From contig DF236960.1 in the NCBI GenBank assembly GCA_000708835.1, forward strand, positions 152,982 to 216,981: DNA of 64,000 bases, read 5' to 3'. Made by a program: the position numbers and the translations under genes. Below, in pieces: positions 10,785 to 25,700 of the stretch (its first letter is position 1; every line of letters starts with the position of its first letter). The stretch comes from Klebsormidium nitens (taxonomy: Eukaryota > Plantae > Klebsormidiophyceae). Below the pieces are notes generated by a model. The model saw only the letters and a program-made list of their open reading frames with translations, made no database searches and was not told the DNA's origin.

Positions 10785-13700
10785 TCACACCACTTCTCGT
10801 ATCCCCGCCCCGGATGCAATTAGGGTGGGTTCCTCGTCCGCGTCCATTGCTGGCCACTTCACTGCTTCCGAGTCCACCGGCTCAACTTTCTTCTCCGTTT
10901 TACCCTGGTCCTTCTTCACAACTTTCCCGCTTTCCGAAGGCTCATACGCCGCAGCCATTGCCTGCTCGTACAGAAACGGTATCGCCGGCTTTCTGCGGCT
11001 CACTGAGTCGGTCTCCGATTGACCCGCGCTCTCTTCCCCCTGCGCATACGCAACGAGCTTCGCCTTCTTTTCTTCCCGGGGCGACAACGCCTCCGTTCCC
11101 GTTGGGAGCGCGCGCGTCACCGCGGCCTTTCGCGGGCTCGGAAGCACCACGCTCGGGCCAGGGATCTCTAGGAACTCCATCGAACTGTCCGGCGTCGATT
11201 CACGGGGCGCTTCTTGCTCAGCCTCTAACGTGTGAACCCCGGGCATCGTCTCCTTTTCTTCCCCCGTCAGCCGCCACGTGTCGTCGTTTCGGAGGGCCAC
11301 CTCGACGTGCTGCTTCCAATCGTATGCCCGCCGTCGGCTTGCAGACGGCTTCCCCAAGGGGCTCCTCTTTTCTCCGAGGCCTTTCTTCGGATGAGCGGCG
11401 ACCTCCTGCCGCAGCTCCCCTCCTTTCTGGTCGCCGTAGTCGCCCACGCCGTGGCCCACCATCTCGGGGGCCAGTAGCTTCTCCCCTTTCTCCCCGGGGG
11501 ATCCCTTTGCTGATCCCCACACGATGTCACCCGTCTTTTTCCGGCTCCGGGACTTGCTCTTTCCGGAGGTCGCTTTCACCACCCCCTCTTTTCGCCCCCA
11601 CAGAGGCTCCAAGAAACCCCCCTGCTTCGACTTTTCCTTCTCGAGAGCTGCGACTATGTCTTCTTCCGGGACGGTCCCGAGGTTCCGGCTCTTCGACGCC
11701 GATAACGGGTTCAACGCGGGGGCGCCAGACCCGGCTGACGTGGCACCGCGGGGGGATCCCTTTCCTCCCGGCGATGGGGGGTTGAGGACTTCGTCGGAGG
11801 GCATGTATCTCAGAGGGAACTCGGCTTTCGCTGGAGGGGGGGAGAACAGTGGGGCACACTGTCAGCACGAGACTGGGGATACTGACGAGAGAAACGTCAC
11901 GAATACGCAATACGCTTTTCCAGATTGATGTCGAAGCTACCAGATCCTTGCAAATGCGAACGAGGTGAGAAGTCAAAGGGAAAGCAAAGACAAAGTCCTT
12001 TGAAAGACTGGATTCACAGGCTTTTGCCGCCCTTCAATCGAGTTTCCTGCATTGGGGAGACCTTGCAGAAAAGGGTCGCTCTAGTCGCCTACCACGCCAG
12101 TTTCAACTTTCCTGGCGAAATTATATGGAACAATTCACAAATCGATAGAGACGGTCATCTCGAGGCGGCCCCTGCTATGCTCGGTTTGGCGAAAGCAGAC
12201 ACTCCTATGTAAGCTTACACGTATCTACAAGTTCGACAACAGGTCAAAGCTGCCAAAGTGAACCAGACCCCAAATGAAAAGTGGGATTGACGGCGCGTTC
12301 CTTGCTCTCTTGCTTTTGTTCAGGTTAAGCCCCGCTGCATCCCAGCCCCAACAACTACCCGCACCCAAACCGTCAAACTCTCACCTTGAGGTTTTGGGGA
12401 TGGAAATTCTTCTGCCCCCATGTTCAATTGCAGCGGAACCCCCCGGAACGCTTTAATCGTCCGCACCGAGTTTGGGCTTCCCGACACTTGTAACCTCCCG
12501 TCCGCTTCCGCGGCCAGAGCCGCAACTCGCTTTCCCCCCGACGTAGCCGTACTGTCATCTTCCATCGCGTTTTGAACCGACCCCTTTCCGGCACCCCCCG
12601 TGAACGCGGAAAGACTGCCTCCGCTGGCGCTGTCGTCATCAAACGCGTTTTCCACCGACCCCTTTGGCCCGCGGGGGGGCGGCGCCGGGAGCGTCCCGAC
12701 CCGCCACTGGAACAGGGGCGCGCTGTCGCCCGACGAGGAAACGTCGCCGGAGTTTGCGGTTGACTGCGAAACCTCGGGTGACGTGTTCTCAGCCGGAGTT
12801 TTGTTGGCGGTAACGGCGAGGATTTGGACGGCGGTGGGCGCCGTTCCGGACGGTGTGACCTGCACCGCTGGCTCGGACGTCCGAGGGCTTGGTTTGGGAG
12901 TGGTCTTTTCCACCACAAGCTCTGAGTTGCGCACTGGCCTTTGCGAACGGTTCTCGGACAGGGGGCTCCGGACCTCGTCATTCCGTTCGGCGGCTGACCC
13001 CTTTTGAGCCGACTCTGTTGAAGTAGCGGGTTTCGCGAACGACCCCAGCATGGGGCCGGCAGGAGGGGAGGCCACTTTCGGGTTTCTGTTAGCTTCTACC
13101 GAAACGTCGGTCAACCACGTCCTTTGCCTCGCAACCGGAGGCGGAGCTGCGACCCCTTCTGAACGAGACTGGCCGACCGAAGGATCCCTCACAGCCTCCG
13201 CCACTGACGTCACCTCTTGGGGAGGCTCCGTTACCGAAAGGGGGGACGAGGAGCCCGGAGACTTTGACCCCCAGAAGAACACCCCCCGCAGCCACTTTGA
13301 CACAGGCTTCGGCGACCGAGGGGCAGAGGGATCCCCCGCCGCTGCGCCTTTCTTCCTCTTGACCGCCTTCCCTTGCTGCTCGACAGGCACTGGCTTCGGT
13401 TGGCCCGCAACAGCAGAGACCGCCTGAGGGAGTGCTTGTGTCCGATCCGTGCCCACCGCGGGCCGCTCTTGTATTGCCGCAACTGGATTGACGTCACTGG
13501 GCGCCTGGCTGACGTCACTCTTGTCCGTAACCGCCGCCGCACTACCGCTCCCCGCTTCCTGGCTCACGTCTCCAAGTAGCATTTCCTCTTTGACTGACTC
13601 TCTGTTCGGTCCCTCTAGACTTCTGCTGACCTTCTCCGCAACCTCGCCTTCGCTCTTGGGGGCGATAATCTGCTCCTTCTCCTCCCCCCCTGCCGCCAAG

Positions 13701-16700
13701 CTGTTTCCTACTGCCCCCGCTGTGGAACTTACCGGCAGAACCAGCGGTGCAACTTCCCCAAGTCTCGACTTTCCCGGAGACTGCCCAACTCGACCCTCTT
13801 CCGCTTTCTCAACGTTCGCCTCGACGGTCTCAACGTTCCCCTCGACGGTCTCAACGTTCGCCTCGACGGTCTCAATTTTCGCCTCCGACGTCTTCTCCCC
13901 GCTCTTTAGTTGCCCTCCAGGCCGACTTTCGCCGTCTTCGTTCGTTGGCAACACGCTGCGGGGGGTTACCTTGACAGGGCTTTCCTCCCCCCCTCCGAGA
14001 TCTTCCAGTCGCGGAACGGAGCTGGCACTGGGCAGCGGTGAAGGGATGGCCAGTGGTTCGCCTGCAAAACGGAAAGGAGAGGCTGAGCGGGGTGGAATAT
14101 CAGCAGGTTTACACGTGGCTGGGTTGAACTTAAAGGAAATGGTATCTAAAAAGTTTGGCTAAACGGAGACTAGGCGGGTTATTAATACACCTGATGAATG
14201 CTCAGCGAATCAAACTCGTTGCTTTACTGTAAATAAATATATACTAATGCTCGAAATGTACAGACGCTTTCTCGAAGTATTCAGTGTTGCTTCCCTCTTG
14301 CGATCAGAAAGCCTGACCCAAACTCTTGACAGAAGAACCGAGCAACCGAGAATGAGTTTGATTTGTTTCTTGTGGCCCAAAGGAAGCAGGATGACATAAT
14401 TCTGAGATTCAAAAGCCTTCGACCCTACGACGCAACGCTTTCAGGAAGAGTGAGGATCAACAGGCACAAACTGTGTACTCGACCGGACAATGACTTTTCA
14501 GAAGGCAAGGTCCCAGTCTAAAATAAGTATGACAAGGTTCATGTGCTCACCTGACTCGTCCAAGTCAGCATTAGGCTCCGCCTGTCCCGCGCTGCCACCT
14601 GTCCTTTCTACAGCCTCGCCGGCATCGACAGGTGCGAGTCCCGAGTCCTTTGAAGCCGCTCCTTCCTCGCTCTCTGCCTTCGCCTCCAGAGCACCAGCTG
14701 TCAGTACGCCTGCCGTCGCCACTGCGCCAGCTGTCAGCACCCCTGCCGCCGCCGCGCCAGCTGTCAGCACGCCCGCCGCTGCTGCGCCAGCTGTCAGCCC
14801 TCCAGCCACCGCTGCACCAGACGTCAGCACGGCTGTCGCCGCCTCGCCAGCTGTCAAGGCCCCCACACCTGGCGTTTCCGCAACCATCGCAGGCTCTTCC
14901 GTTTGCACCGGCCCAGTCACCCCCACACCTGGCGTTTCCGCAATCCTTGCAGGCTCTTCCGATTGCACCGGCCCAGTCAAAGGGGACTCCTCAGATTCCG
15001 CGCCCTCCACGTTCGCACTGCCAGCTGGCGTGCTGCCACTTTCGTACTGTGCCCGTTCGGCGGCTGTTGGCAGACCGCTCGGAAGGTTCAACTTCCAAGC
15101 CGTGTCGCTCGCGCCCTCCTCTTTCCCGGGGCTGAGGGAGCTCGGCCTTGGGGCCCCTTTCTGCGACGCGCCAGCCGGCTTCGCCACTCTCTTTGACGCA
15201 GGTGACAGGGGCGGTTTCTTTGCGCTGATCTGGCGGGGGGAGAAGTACCCGGCTGCAAACGACACCGTAGGAGCCGGGCTGACGTCACGCCCAGGGGTGG
15301 GCGGCACCTTGCTGACGTCGGATCCAAACCCCATGGTCTTCTCTTCTGCCAGTGCAGCTTTGGAAAGGCCGCCGCTGCTCGGAGAAGGATCCTCAGCCCC
15401 TTTTCCGATCAGCGACCGGGCCAGTCCTGCGGTGCCAGGTGGCGCGAACCTCTCACTGCTGACGTCAGCGGGTGGACCAGCGGATGTGGCGGGAATCTCA
15501 ATTGTTGGGATCAGCAGATCAAGGCCTCTGCCCCTTCGCTCAATCGTCCCGTCCTCCAGATCCCTCGAAAAGTCGGGATTTGCGCCGCTGGTTGCGGTAG
15601 GGTTTTGGGAAGATAGCAGGATAAGCGGCGGGAGGCGTGGGGTTTGAGTTTGGGTTTGGGTTTGGTTCAAGGCCGGGGTCAGGGATTGGGTTTGAGTTCG
15701 GGAAGTGGTTGGGGTTGGAGGGGCCAGAGAGGGCGGTATTGGTCTGAAAACGAGCGCCGGTTCGCTTGGCGGGGGAGATTTATCTTTCTTCTTGCGTCGG
15801 AAGAGGTCCTTTAGGAACTGGCGCTTCTTGTGTGTTCGAGCAGGTTTCTCCGGCTTCGACCCAGCTGCACAAGAATCAATAAAATCTCGTCAACGAATCG
15901 CTCGTAAAATATCAAGACTTTGACCAAGACCCGCAGAGAGCGAAGCAGAAATGAAGGGTCTTCTAGTTGTCCCATGCTTCCGAAGGTACAGCCGGGTTTC
16001 CGAGGTTTCTTCTCAGCTCTGCAAATCAACGCAGAACAGAATCCATCTCTGAACCCGTAAATGAGCGCTGACCAACAGGCTCTAAGAAAAGATAGTCAAG
16101 GAGTGGAAGACATTGCCAAATGCAAAAACTACAAGTCTTTCCTAGATTGCTTGCCTGAACGTCGGTCCCTCAACAATTGTTCCTCATGAGATGCAGTAAG
16201 TGAAGCTGTTGCATTGCATCACGGACGAACGTAGAGATAGACGAGCCCCCTGGTACGCAGAGAGTCGCAAGCTCACAACAGACAAAGCGCGGACTCGAGG
16301 GAAACCCGTGTTAACTCAAAATGAAAGATCGGAGCTCGGAGGTCACGTCTCAAAGCAGATCAGAAGGAAAGGAAAACAATACAAAACTCACTCGACGGCA
16401 TTTCCTTTGGCAAAGTTTCCGCACGCGGCCCAACGGGCGCCCCCGGTGTCGTCCCCTGGTCTTCCCAAAGGCTCTCCTGAGGTTCCGGCACAGCTGACGT
16501 CGGCAAAGCGCGTCCGTTTTTGGACTCGCCCAGCGCCCGCTCGTTGGAGGCTAACCCAATGCTTACCCCCTGCTCGAACCCCTCGGTCTCATTTACTGGG
16601 CGCAGGGTTTGGGACGCAGGGTTCACGACCCCGCCTAAACCGGTTTGTACCCCCCGGTTAGCGCCCGTTTCGGCTACTGGCGCAGGCTTTGAGGAAGTGT

Positions 16701-19700
16701 CTAATCCCTTGGGTAACGACACGCTCCCGAACTTCGGCCCGGAGGACTGAAGTTCCTTCCACTCGCCGAGACTCCAGCTTCTTGTCTTGGAAGCCTGAAG
16801 TTCCTTCCACTCCTCGAGACTCCAGCTTCTTTTTTCGTTAGACTCGCCGTCGGACCTCCCCACAAGAGCCTTCTCGAACGACCGGCCATCAACCACCCCC
16901 CCGGAAGCCTCACGAAGCTCGCTCCCTGCCAAACGGAGCTGGGCCTCCAGCTTGCGCCGCCCGTCGATCTCACTGACGGGGGGTGTGGTGAACGGCCGGG
17001 TAAAAAGTTCGGGGCTCAGGCTCTCTCCGGGGCCTTCCGTTGGGGGAACGCGTGAGCTGCTGCGGGGGCGAGGGGGAAGCCCCGCCGCGGCAAGAGCAGC
17101 CTGCTCGGCGGCAGCCGCTTTGCGCTCCCTGATTAGCCTGGAAAACAATACAATCGTAAGCGGCAAAAACGGGTTTTGCAGAACTAGAGTTTCTGTACTT
17201 TGTCGTATCAACATGGTCAGGAGAACAGAACATGCTGGAAAAGGTAAGCAGCCGCTTTGCGCTCCCTGATTAGCCTAACACGCGATGCAAACGTAAGCGT
17301 GAAAATGGGTTTGATTATGCAAACGTCTTTCAATTGTGCGTGCTTGTCAAATCAAATTGGTCAATAGATCTGGATATGTTGGAAGGAGTGAGCAGCCGCT
17401 TTGCGCTCCCTGATTCTCTGGAAAGTGATGCAAACGTAAGCGCCAGAAGGGTTTAGAACTGTACAAACTGTGCTTCGAATAGTGTGTGTTTGTCGACCAA
17501 AATGGTCAGAAAAACAGAAGATATTTGAAGAAAGTAAGCAGCCGCTTTCCATAATTCTCGATTTCATGAAGGGTTAGCGCCATGAAGGGTAACAGCAACG
17601 TTTTACTGTTGGAAAACCGAATCAAGTGGACAGCAAGTCGAGGATTTCGTGGCTTAACATGCGCATCTCTGATCTGTTACACAAAAGGAGCCTATGCTTC
17701 CGCAAGCCTGGATGGTCTAGCAAGCTACAGCGCTTTACAGCAAAGCTCCAAGCAAACCTTGGTAAAGTGGTTCGAGGACCCTCACCTGGATCCTGCCATC
17801 TGAGTCCTCAAGAAGTTGCTCTCTTCTTCCTCCCAAGAGCTCAGCACGTTCTTGATACTCGTGTCCTCTTTCTCCCCGCGCAGCTCAACAGGCGCGATCT
17901 GTGCTGCTCGCGGTTTGAAGCCTAAGCAAGGAGAGACGAGAACAGGCGTAAGACTCTCGTGCAACAGACTCGGTTGTGCGGTTATTAGATTCTCTGCTAA
18001 ACGACGAAAACAATCAAACAAGACTTGCGCAGTTTACATGCAGAAGGAGCAAGCGACCAGCATCCAAAGAACCCGATCGCTGTCTCGTGGCATTACGAGC
18101 CTGCAACCAAATTGGCTTCTGCTGCAACGTACTGGCAAAGTCCGTCATCTAACGAAAACCGGTAAGACCACAAAGGATCGTTGGAACGATTCGGAGCAAC
18201 TGCGTGTGTTAAATGGTGACCTTGTGCTGACAAATCCTTCCAGAGAAGCAGCAAAGAACTCAGTCGAACAATCAAACCGGATCAGGGACCAAATAGCAAG
18301 AACACCCACTTCGACTCGAAAGGTTTGTCAGCCGCGTTCGGCGTCCGATTGTGGACGGCGTGCGGGGCACCTCGGAGGGGGTTCTCGAACGCCCGGGGGA
18401 TGCGCTCGGGGAGACGATCTTGAGGCGAGGGGTCCTCGGTGATTGGCGGCCGGGACTAGCAGAACCTGAGATTGAAAAAGAAGAGGTTGCGAACAGGCAA
18501 AGAAAACGGTGTATAGGTGGTCAACGGCACTGTCGCAGGAACAGTGAAACGCTTAAAAGAGCTCGGGGAGGAAGTTTGCGAGGCGAGGGGTCCTCGCTTA
18601 GTGGGCGGGCTAGGTTGGCGGAATCTAAGATACAGGAAGAGGGACTGTGATGAATTCGGGCAGTGCAACGAAACAAGCGAGGAAGTAAGTAAGGAGATTG
18701 CGGTGAAACATTGCAGTCGCAGCATTTGAGAAGCTCGGGAAGAAGATCTTGAGGGGAGGGGTCCGCGACTCGAGGGCAGGGCCGGGAGAACCAAGAAGCA
18801 GGCGATGATGTAATGAAGCTACGGCGGAGTGATCAAAACGCTGGGCAAACTAACGGTTGACGATCAAGAAAATACAGTCCAACATTTTTGGAGCACATTG
18901 AGAACCGGTCTTCACGGGTTCTGAGCGATTTGTTGTTGCGGTCAAGAAAAGGTGGAACCGAGCGCAGGACTTTTGAGATCAAAAGTGAAATGCAGAGTCG
19001 TAGGATTTAGTAAGCAGGGGAAGGCGCTCGAGGAGGGAAACGTAAGGCGGTGTTGTCTTGGTGACTGGCGGCCAGGGCTGGCGAAAGTGACAAAGGATTC
19101 AGGATTCGGAAGCTCCGATAATACATTAGACAGACAAGACATCAAGACAAGACTGGTCCGACAACAGAGCTTCAGGGAAAAAGGGGCTCAGCAAAACGAC
19201 CCTGAGGCGGAAGATCTTGCCTTTTAAGGGCCTAGGAAACAAAACCCTGGCGAGTATAGAAAAGTCAAGCTTCGCAGGCAGATCTCCAACATCGAAGAGT
19301 TAACGAAGAGGGAAGCACGGAGGGTGCCTGACGTGAGAGATTGAGATTGACCAACGAAGAGGTCCCAATCCTTTCATAATGAAATTCGGGCCGACTGGGT
19401 GATGGAGGAACGTGTTGCGCTTTGAAACAGCTCACCTTGCCTCCTTGTAAGTCCTCTCACTGGCGAATCCTCTGCGGGCCCAGACACCCTTCCCAAGGAC
19501 TTCGCACTCCTGGCGCCGCCCTGCTTTTCGCCACCGAGGGGCTCCTCGATAAACCGGTGCCTCCGCGCCTTCGAATGCGGAGGTGGAGTCGCCGGTGCGA
19601 CCGCCTCAATTTCCTCGATCTCGTTTCCTGGGCTCGCAGCGGTAACAGGGGCTTCAATCACTTTGCTGGTTACTGAGGGGCTGTCATGTGGGTTAGTGGA

Positions 19701-22700
19701 GGGTTTGACGGCCGTGGTTTGCGAAACGGAACCCGCGGAGACAGGCGCGGAGGATTGGGCCAAGGCCTCTTCCTGAATGAGCACCGCTTGCGCGCTTGAG
19801 ACCCCCGTGTTCTCCGAAGTGGCCTCCGCCGCTGGCAGGACTTTTGGCCCCGACGGTCTCGATATTGAGGGGTTCAACTCCGTGGTTTCCGTGGTGTTAC
19901 CCGCTAACCCAATCGCCCCTCCCTCACTGGCCTTGAGCTTCTTCTTGGCATGGCGCGGCTTCGGGCTCTCATTTGCAGCCCTTCCTGTCGACTGCAGATC
20001 CTTCCCAAGCTCGGAGTCCGGTGCAGCAAGTTTCAAGGCCCTGTTTGGAGACCCGTCGCTTAGCGCAAGTCCCTGTGCCGGCGCATCCGCAGGCGGCCGC
20101 AGGGCCTCCGCTGCCCCCACGCTCGCAGCGATCGGAATCAGCAACGGAACAGCGGAAACGAGACCCCCTTTTGTCGGTGGAGACGCCTGCTTTCCTGGAG
20201 CCTCAAAATCCGCCATGGATGGCCCTGTTTTGGTTCCAGTGGGGTCCGAAACACTCTCGAGAGTGACGCTTTCATGTGACACAGGGCCTTCCGGCCCGAC
20301 AACCCCAGGAGGCACACTCCCCGTAACCGGAAGCCCGCGCGGTTGTGTTGTAACGTCTACCGCTTGGGGAGCCTCGGTTGGCAAGCCCGAAGCGGGGGCT
20401 TCGATATCTCCTCCCGAGGCAACGTCTGCCACGTCGCTCTTCTCCAGTTGGTCCCTTCCCACGAGCCTGCCACCGTCCCTCTCGGCCGAGGGCTCGCCAC
20501 CCGTCTGCACAAGACCCACCTCAAGGAAGTCGCCCGTTTCGGTGGGGATTGTTGACGGCAAAGCAGCTAAGCCTCCCGGAGGCGTGTCCCCAGAGTCGAC
20601 GGCAGTAACACCAGCCGGCCCCCCGAGCTTCGAAACGGGGCCGACGTCGAGCCGATCACCGCTCACACTTTTGGTAACGTTCTGTGTACTTGCCCCGCCG
20701 CTGGCCGCTGGGCTTTCCGCTGCGCCCACGGTTGCGCCGGTCTCCAAAAGCGGGGCCAGCGGAAAAGCAGGCGCCAAGGCCAGTCCCTCCCTGCGTCGGG
20801 GCATTGGCACCCCCGCCGCTTCTTCCTCCTCTCCTGGGCGAATCTTTCCTGACACTCCTTCCTGCGCTGAACCCCCGGGCGCGATCGGGACAATCACGTC
20901 AGCTTCCCCACTCGCTGCTTTGACCGGCTCCGGGCCCTCTTTGCCTTGACCTGCGTTTACCGCCGTAGCGTCTACCCCGCGCCCTGACATCTGCGCTGCA
21001 GACCCAGCTCCCAGTCCCGCGGCTCCCTCGGCCAGAACCGGACCACTTGTCTTTGACGCCGGCACGTCGTTTCCTTCCCGAACGACTGACCTTTCACTTT
21101 CCTGTATCAACTCTTCAGCCCCCGCCGCAGACGCTGCCTCAGCTTCGATTTCTTTCACCTCCGCCGCTGCGCTCGCTCCGCTTTCCACCATCTCATTGCT
21201 CTCTTGTACTTCCATCCCCGCATTTTCTCGCTCACCACCGCCCAACGCCAGTTCCTTGTTACTGACGGTTCCTTCATCCATGTTTGGTGCATCGATTTCC
21301 GGCCCCTGAACCTTCTCAACTCCCTCCCTTACGACACCATCTCCCAGAACCTGGACCGTCTTTTCCCCCTCGACTGCGCCAACGTCCGCCTTCTCAAACT
21401 TCTCATTCCGCCCACTTTCTCGAGACAGCTCTTCTGGCTGAACCGTCGTCTTCGCAGTGCTGACGCCCGCAAGCCCTTCCCTCATCGGCGCGCTCCCTCC
21501 AATCCCGTCAAGCACACTCTTCCCCGCATCGACCTTAAGCTCTTCCTCCTTCTTGCCCCCCTCAACTCCCCTTAAAACCTCCTGCGGTTGCGCCGCTGCC
21601 TCTGCGCTTCTGGAGCTGGCAACTGTTCCGGCGAGTGGCACGCTGACAGGTGGCGACGCAGCCTTCGCTTCGTCGGAACTAGGCCATCCGAGGATTGCCG
21701 CCCAGCCTGAAGGAGCAACCGACCGGCTCTTTGGAACGGACGGAACCTCCTCAGGGCCCCCTCTCGACTCGCTTCCCTTTCCATCGGGCTCGGGACCCTT
21801 CCCGCTCACTGCCGCACTTTCCCTTGCATCAGGAACCGTCATTTCCCCAACAACGACCGACCTGGAAGCACCCTCCTTTTCTGGAACTGTTTGTACCACA
21901 GCCGCCCTTTCCTTACCCCCTGCACTCGGACTCTTCGTGGCCGCGAACGCCTCTCCAGACTTCGACCAGATCGACCCAGAGTCCGCTTTCGCTGCCGCCC
22001 CGGTAACCGAAGCCCGGTCGGCCGCAGATCTTGCCACGAGCAGCCCCGCCGCGCCGGCCCCCAGGCCCGTAGCCAACGCACCCCCCAAGACCGCCCCTGC
22101 TTTTCCATCTTCCGCTCGCCCCTTCGAGTCCTGTCGTCCTTCTTCGCTTTCCCAGGGATCTGCCAGCACCGTTGGAGTTTCGCGCCTAGCTTGCTCGGCG
22201 TCGCTCTCGACGGAGATTCCCCGCCTTCGCGAGTGCGGCTGCAGGGTTCCATACCCTGTCGACAGCGAATACGTCCGGTTCACTTCCGGAATGGGCGCTA
22301 ACCTCCCTGCTGACCCCGTCCCTAACCCCGTCAATAACCCTGCACCTGTGAGGGCCGGAACCGCCGCACCCGTAGAAGACCTTGCCTCTGATTCGGTCGA
22401 CAAGCGCTCGATCTCATGCAGGGTCTCTACGTCGCTGAAAGAAACCCTTTTCCGGCCCGCCGCCTTCCCACCCTCGCTCTCGTCTTCTCTTTCCGTTCCT
22501 GGCGAATCAGGCCCCACCAGACCATCGCTTGCGCTTCCGAGCGTTACACCCTCGGTGCTGCTTTCTCCCTCCTTTTCAGTAGTGACGCTCCTGGGCTTAA
22601 ACACTTGCGCCACGGGTGCCTCTCTGGCAGTCTCTTTCTTGGGGGGCCCCGTTTTCAAACCGCTCTCGGACACCGCCAGCGCTTCGAAAGGCGGACCTTC

Positions 22701-25700
22701 CTTGTGGCCGCTGATTTGAGTTACCCCTGCGCCACTTCTTCCTTCCCCAGTTGCCCCGACCTCTCCCTCTTCGAGCTCCACAGACCCCGCTAAAGCGTTC
22801 AGACCTCGTCTCTCTTCTGTGCTTGCCCCGATGACTTCAACCCCAATCGCTGCAGCCCCTTCGATCATAGCCTCTCCGGACCCTTCCCAATTTTCCTCTA
22901 AAGCCAAAGGTCCCTCCGGCTGTTTCTTGATTCCAGCAACTAGGACTGGTTTCTCTCGCTTCCCCCCCACAAGCAGTTCCAATGTTCCGTCCTTATTCCC
23001 AAACAGCTCCGATCTTTCTTCCTCAGCGCCAGGCACCTCCGTCTTCCTTTCTCCTCCCTCGACCACCACAACGCCTTCGCCCCCCTTCTTCTTCTTTCCC
23101 TCAGCCGCATCCAGCGCCGCTTTAATATTTTCGACCTCCCGCCTCGCTCGCCCGATCTCTGCCTGCATTGCTGCGGACAGAACAACTGGCAGCTGGGCGA
23201 CCCATTTCTTGTCTTCCTCAGCCCCAGAGGGTGCCAAGTCGGGTGCCAAGTCGGGCCCCCCAATGCCAGAGCCCGAACCAGGTGGCACCTCTTCCTTTTT
23301 GTTGAGCCCACCCGTTGCTATTTCGGTTGCCGAGGCCTCAACCCGAGCGAGAGGATCGTCCCTTTCTTCTGCCAACTGCTGACGTGCCACGCTGACGGGG
23401 CTCCCCTCTGTGGCCAGCCAAGCAGCTGCCTGGGCCTTTCCCTCCAGCTCCAACCGCTTCCCCGCTATCCCCGGCTGTTTCTCCTCCGTGTCGGACTGGT
23501 TTCCGTCCATGGAAGACAGCGCCTTGCTCGCCGAGGCCCCACCTTTTGCTGCATGAGCGGCTACCAGGGTTGCCGCGCCTGCTGATGCAGCCGCCGCTGC
23601 TGCTGACAGGGCCCTCGAGCCCTTGGGCGCGTCCTTGGATGTGGACGCTTGATCCTCCCCGACTTGGTCGTTGTCTGCGCCAACAAAGATCAGGCATAAG
23701 ATTGTTTATATTCAGAGTCTCAGAAATGCGGAGAAAGTTCTGGAAGGGGCGCAAGCACCTCGCTTTCTGCACGGTGAAAGGGAGGGCCATTGGCAATTCC
23801 TCGTTTCACAAGCTGAGGAGAGACAAATCTACGCTATTGACACGATACAGGTTAAGAGACCCACTACTTGCACTGACCCTTCACTCCATCTATCGCATTC
23901 ACTGCAGAAACACGCTGTTGTATTAAATTGCTGAAATAGCAGTTCTGACCCAATACGGCCAGGGTCGCAAGAGTCTCGAGTTCTAGTGCGCACATCATCC
24001 AGCTTTTGCTGTGTTACCTTTCTCTGCTCTTTGAATTCTAGTCTTGGCAAAAGGAGAAAAAGGAGAAGTCACTCAACTTTCAGGGGCTAAGCAATCAGTC
24101 AAAACAAACTAGATTTGGGTACAACCACCGCTTGTCAAAAGAAGCAACTCCCAATATATCTCACCAGCTTCTCGACCATTGAACGACGCCGCAGCCAACT
24201 TCCTCCGAGCCTCCCCCAGGTGGGCCTCCGCGATCTTGATGAGGTCACCCAAATCCTCACTCGTTGCCGGCACCTTCGGCAGCTGTCCTTCGGACGTGCT
24301 GACGACTCCACTAGAATCCGGGGATTGCTCCCGGGCTGCGCCGGGAGGAGTCCTGAAGCCCTCCGGCGTGGTTGGTAGTTGGGCCCCGGGCTCTGAAACA
24401 GGGGCTTGGGAAACCACTGGTTGCTCCGGGGCAGGTACTGGTGGAACCGGGCCCTCGGCAGGGGTGGCCGGGGGTTCCTCCCGGGCAGGCTTTACAGGGC
24501 CCGCTGGGTCGGTCGGTGAAGGCACCCCGGGCGATGAGTGTGACACTCCGGCAGAACCAGGAGTCTTCGTGTCTGGCTGTGTCACTTCCAGGGGCGATTC
24601 AAGAGCGACCTGGGGGGTCGACTTCTCCTCGACTGGGGTGTTGGTTGTGCCTGGTGCATGCACCCCAAGGAAAGGTGCCGGGGCAAGAGAAGACGCCGGA
24701 GGAGTTGGGGAAAGGACCCCCTGGGCGGTCGAGATCGAGGACGGGCCAGGAGAAGGTGTTGCCTGGAGAAGACAAACCGTTTTAGCCATTTGTTCAGCTT
24801 CAAAGCCCCGATCAAATATTGGAGGCGGCTCCTTTTGAAGTGGTTCACAGTAGCAGATGAGAGTTGGGGATCTGCCAACTGGCAGCAATTTGATCAACGG
24901 CAAGAAGAGTGGCAAGAAGAGTGGCAAGCTCTTGATTGCCTTGCGAGAGCCGTTTGCTAGAGCACCACGTTACTCTTTACCGAGCACGAAGCCACAAACA
25001 AAGAAAGAAACAAGCACATAACATTCCGCCAGTACTCGAGGGGAAGGGATGATAAAAGGAAGTCAAAAGGTACAGGCCCAGGGGGTCAACGGCAAACAAC
25101 ACAAATTGCACTTACAGGTTGAGCACGCCCCTAAGTGAGCCGACAAAGAGGACCTGGGTATGCTACAGATCTGTTTATATTACATCTGGCCTGCATATCT
25201 TGTGCGAGCTTTCAAAACCAAGGTTCCCCTGAAGATTCGACCGGCGTCTTGAGTCTTGGATCACTCTATTTGCAGCCAATAAAAAGACAGCGTACTGTGT
25301 GCTGAGTACCAAGAAGAGAGTGTGCGTTCAACAGAGGAAAAGAACCCACCTCCAAAGCCGGCGCTCTCTTCGAAACGTCCCGCTCCTCGTTGTGCGGCTC
25401 AGCCATCTCCTCTTCTGCTCCATCCTGGAAGCTTCGGGTCTCCAAACCGGGTGCCAACTGGCTCCGTTCCGCTTCACCCGCTTCCCTTGCTGCTGAAGGA
25501 AGGGCTTCCATTCCCAGCTGGACAGCTGGCGCCTTGGTGGGCTGTTCGCCAGAGATCCCTCCCACACTTGACCTGCTGAAAGAAGCATCCGCAGGCGCAA
25601 CCGCAGGGCTGGGGGGGCGTTTGGAGGTTCGTGGAGAGATGACGACGTCGGGGGGCGACTGATACGCCTCCAGGTTGATCCTCAGCTTCGCAAAACCCGC

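Noticed and set aside
17111-17580. CRISPR-like array (24-bp repeat at regular ~140-bp spacing)
   Set aside because: The spacers are homologous to each other, the repeat is the start of a eukaryotic exon, and there are no cas genes; it is a tandem duplication.
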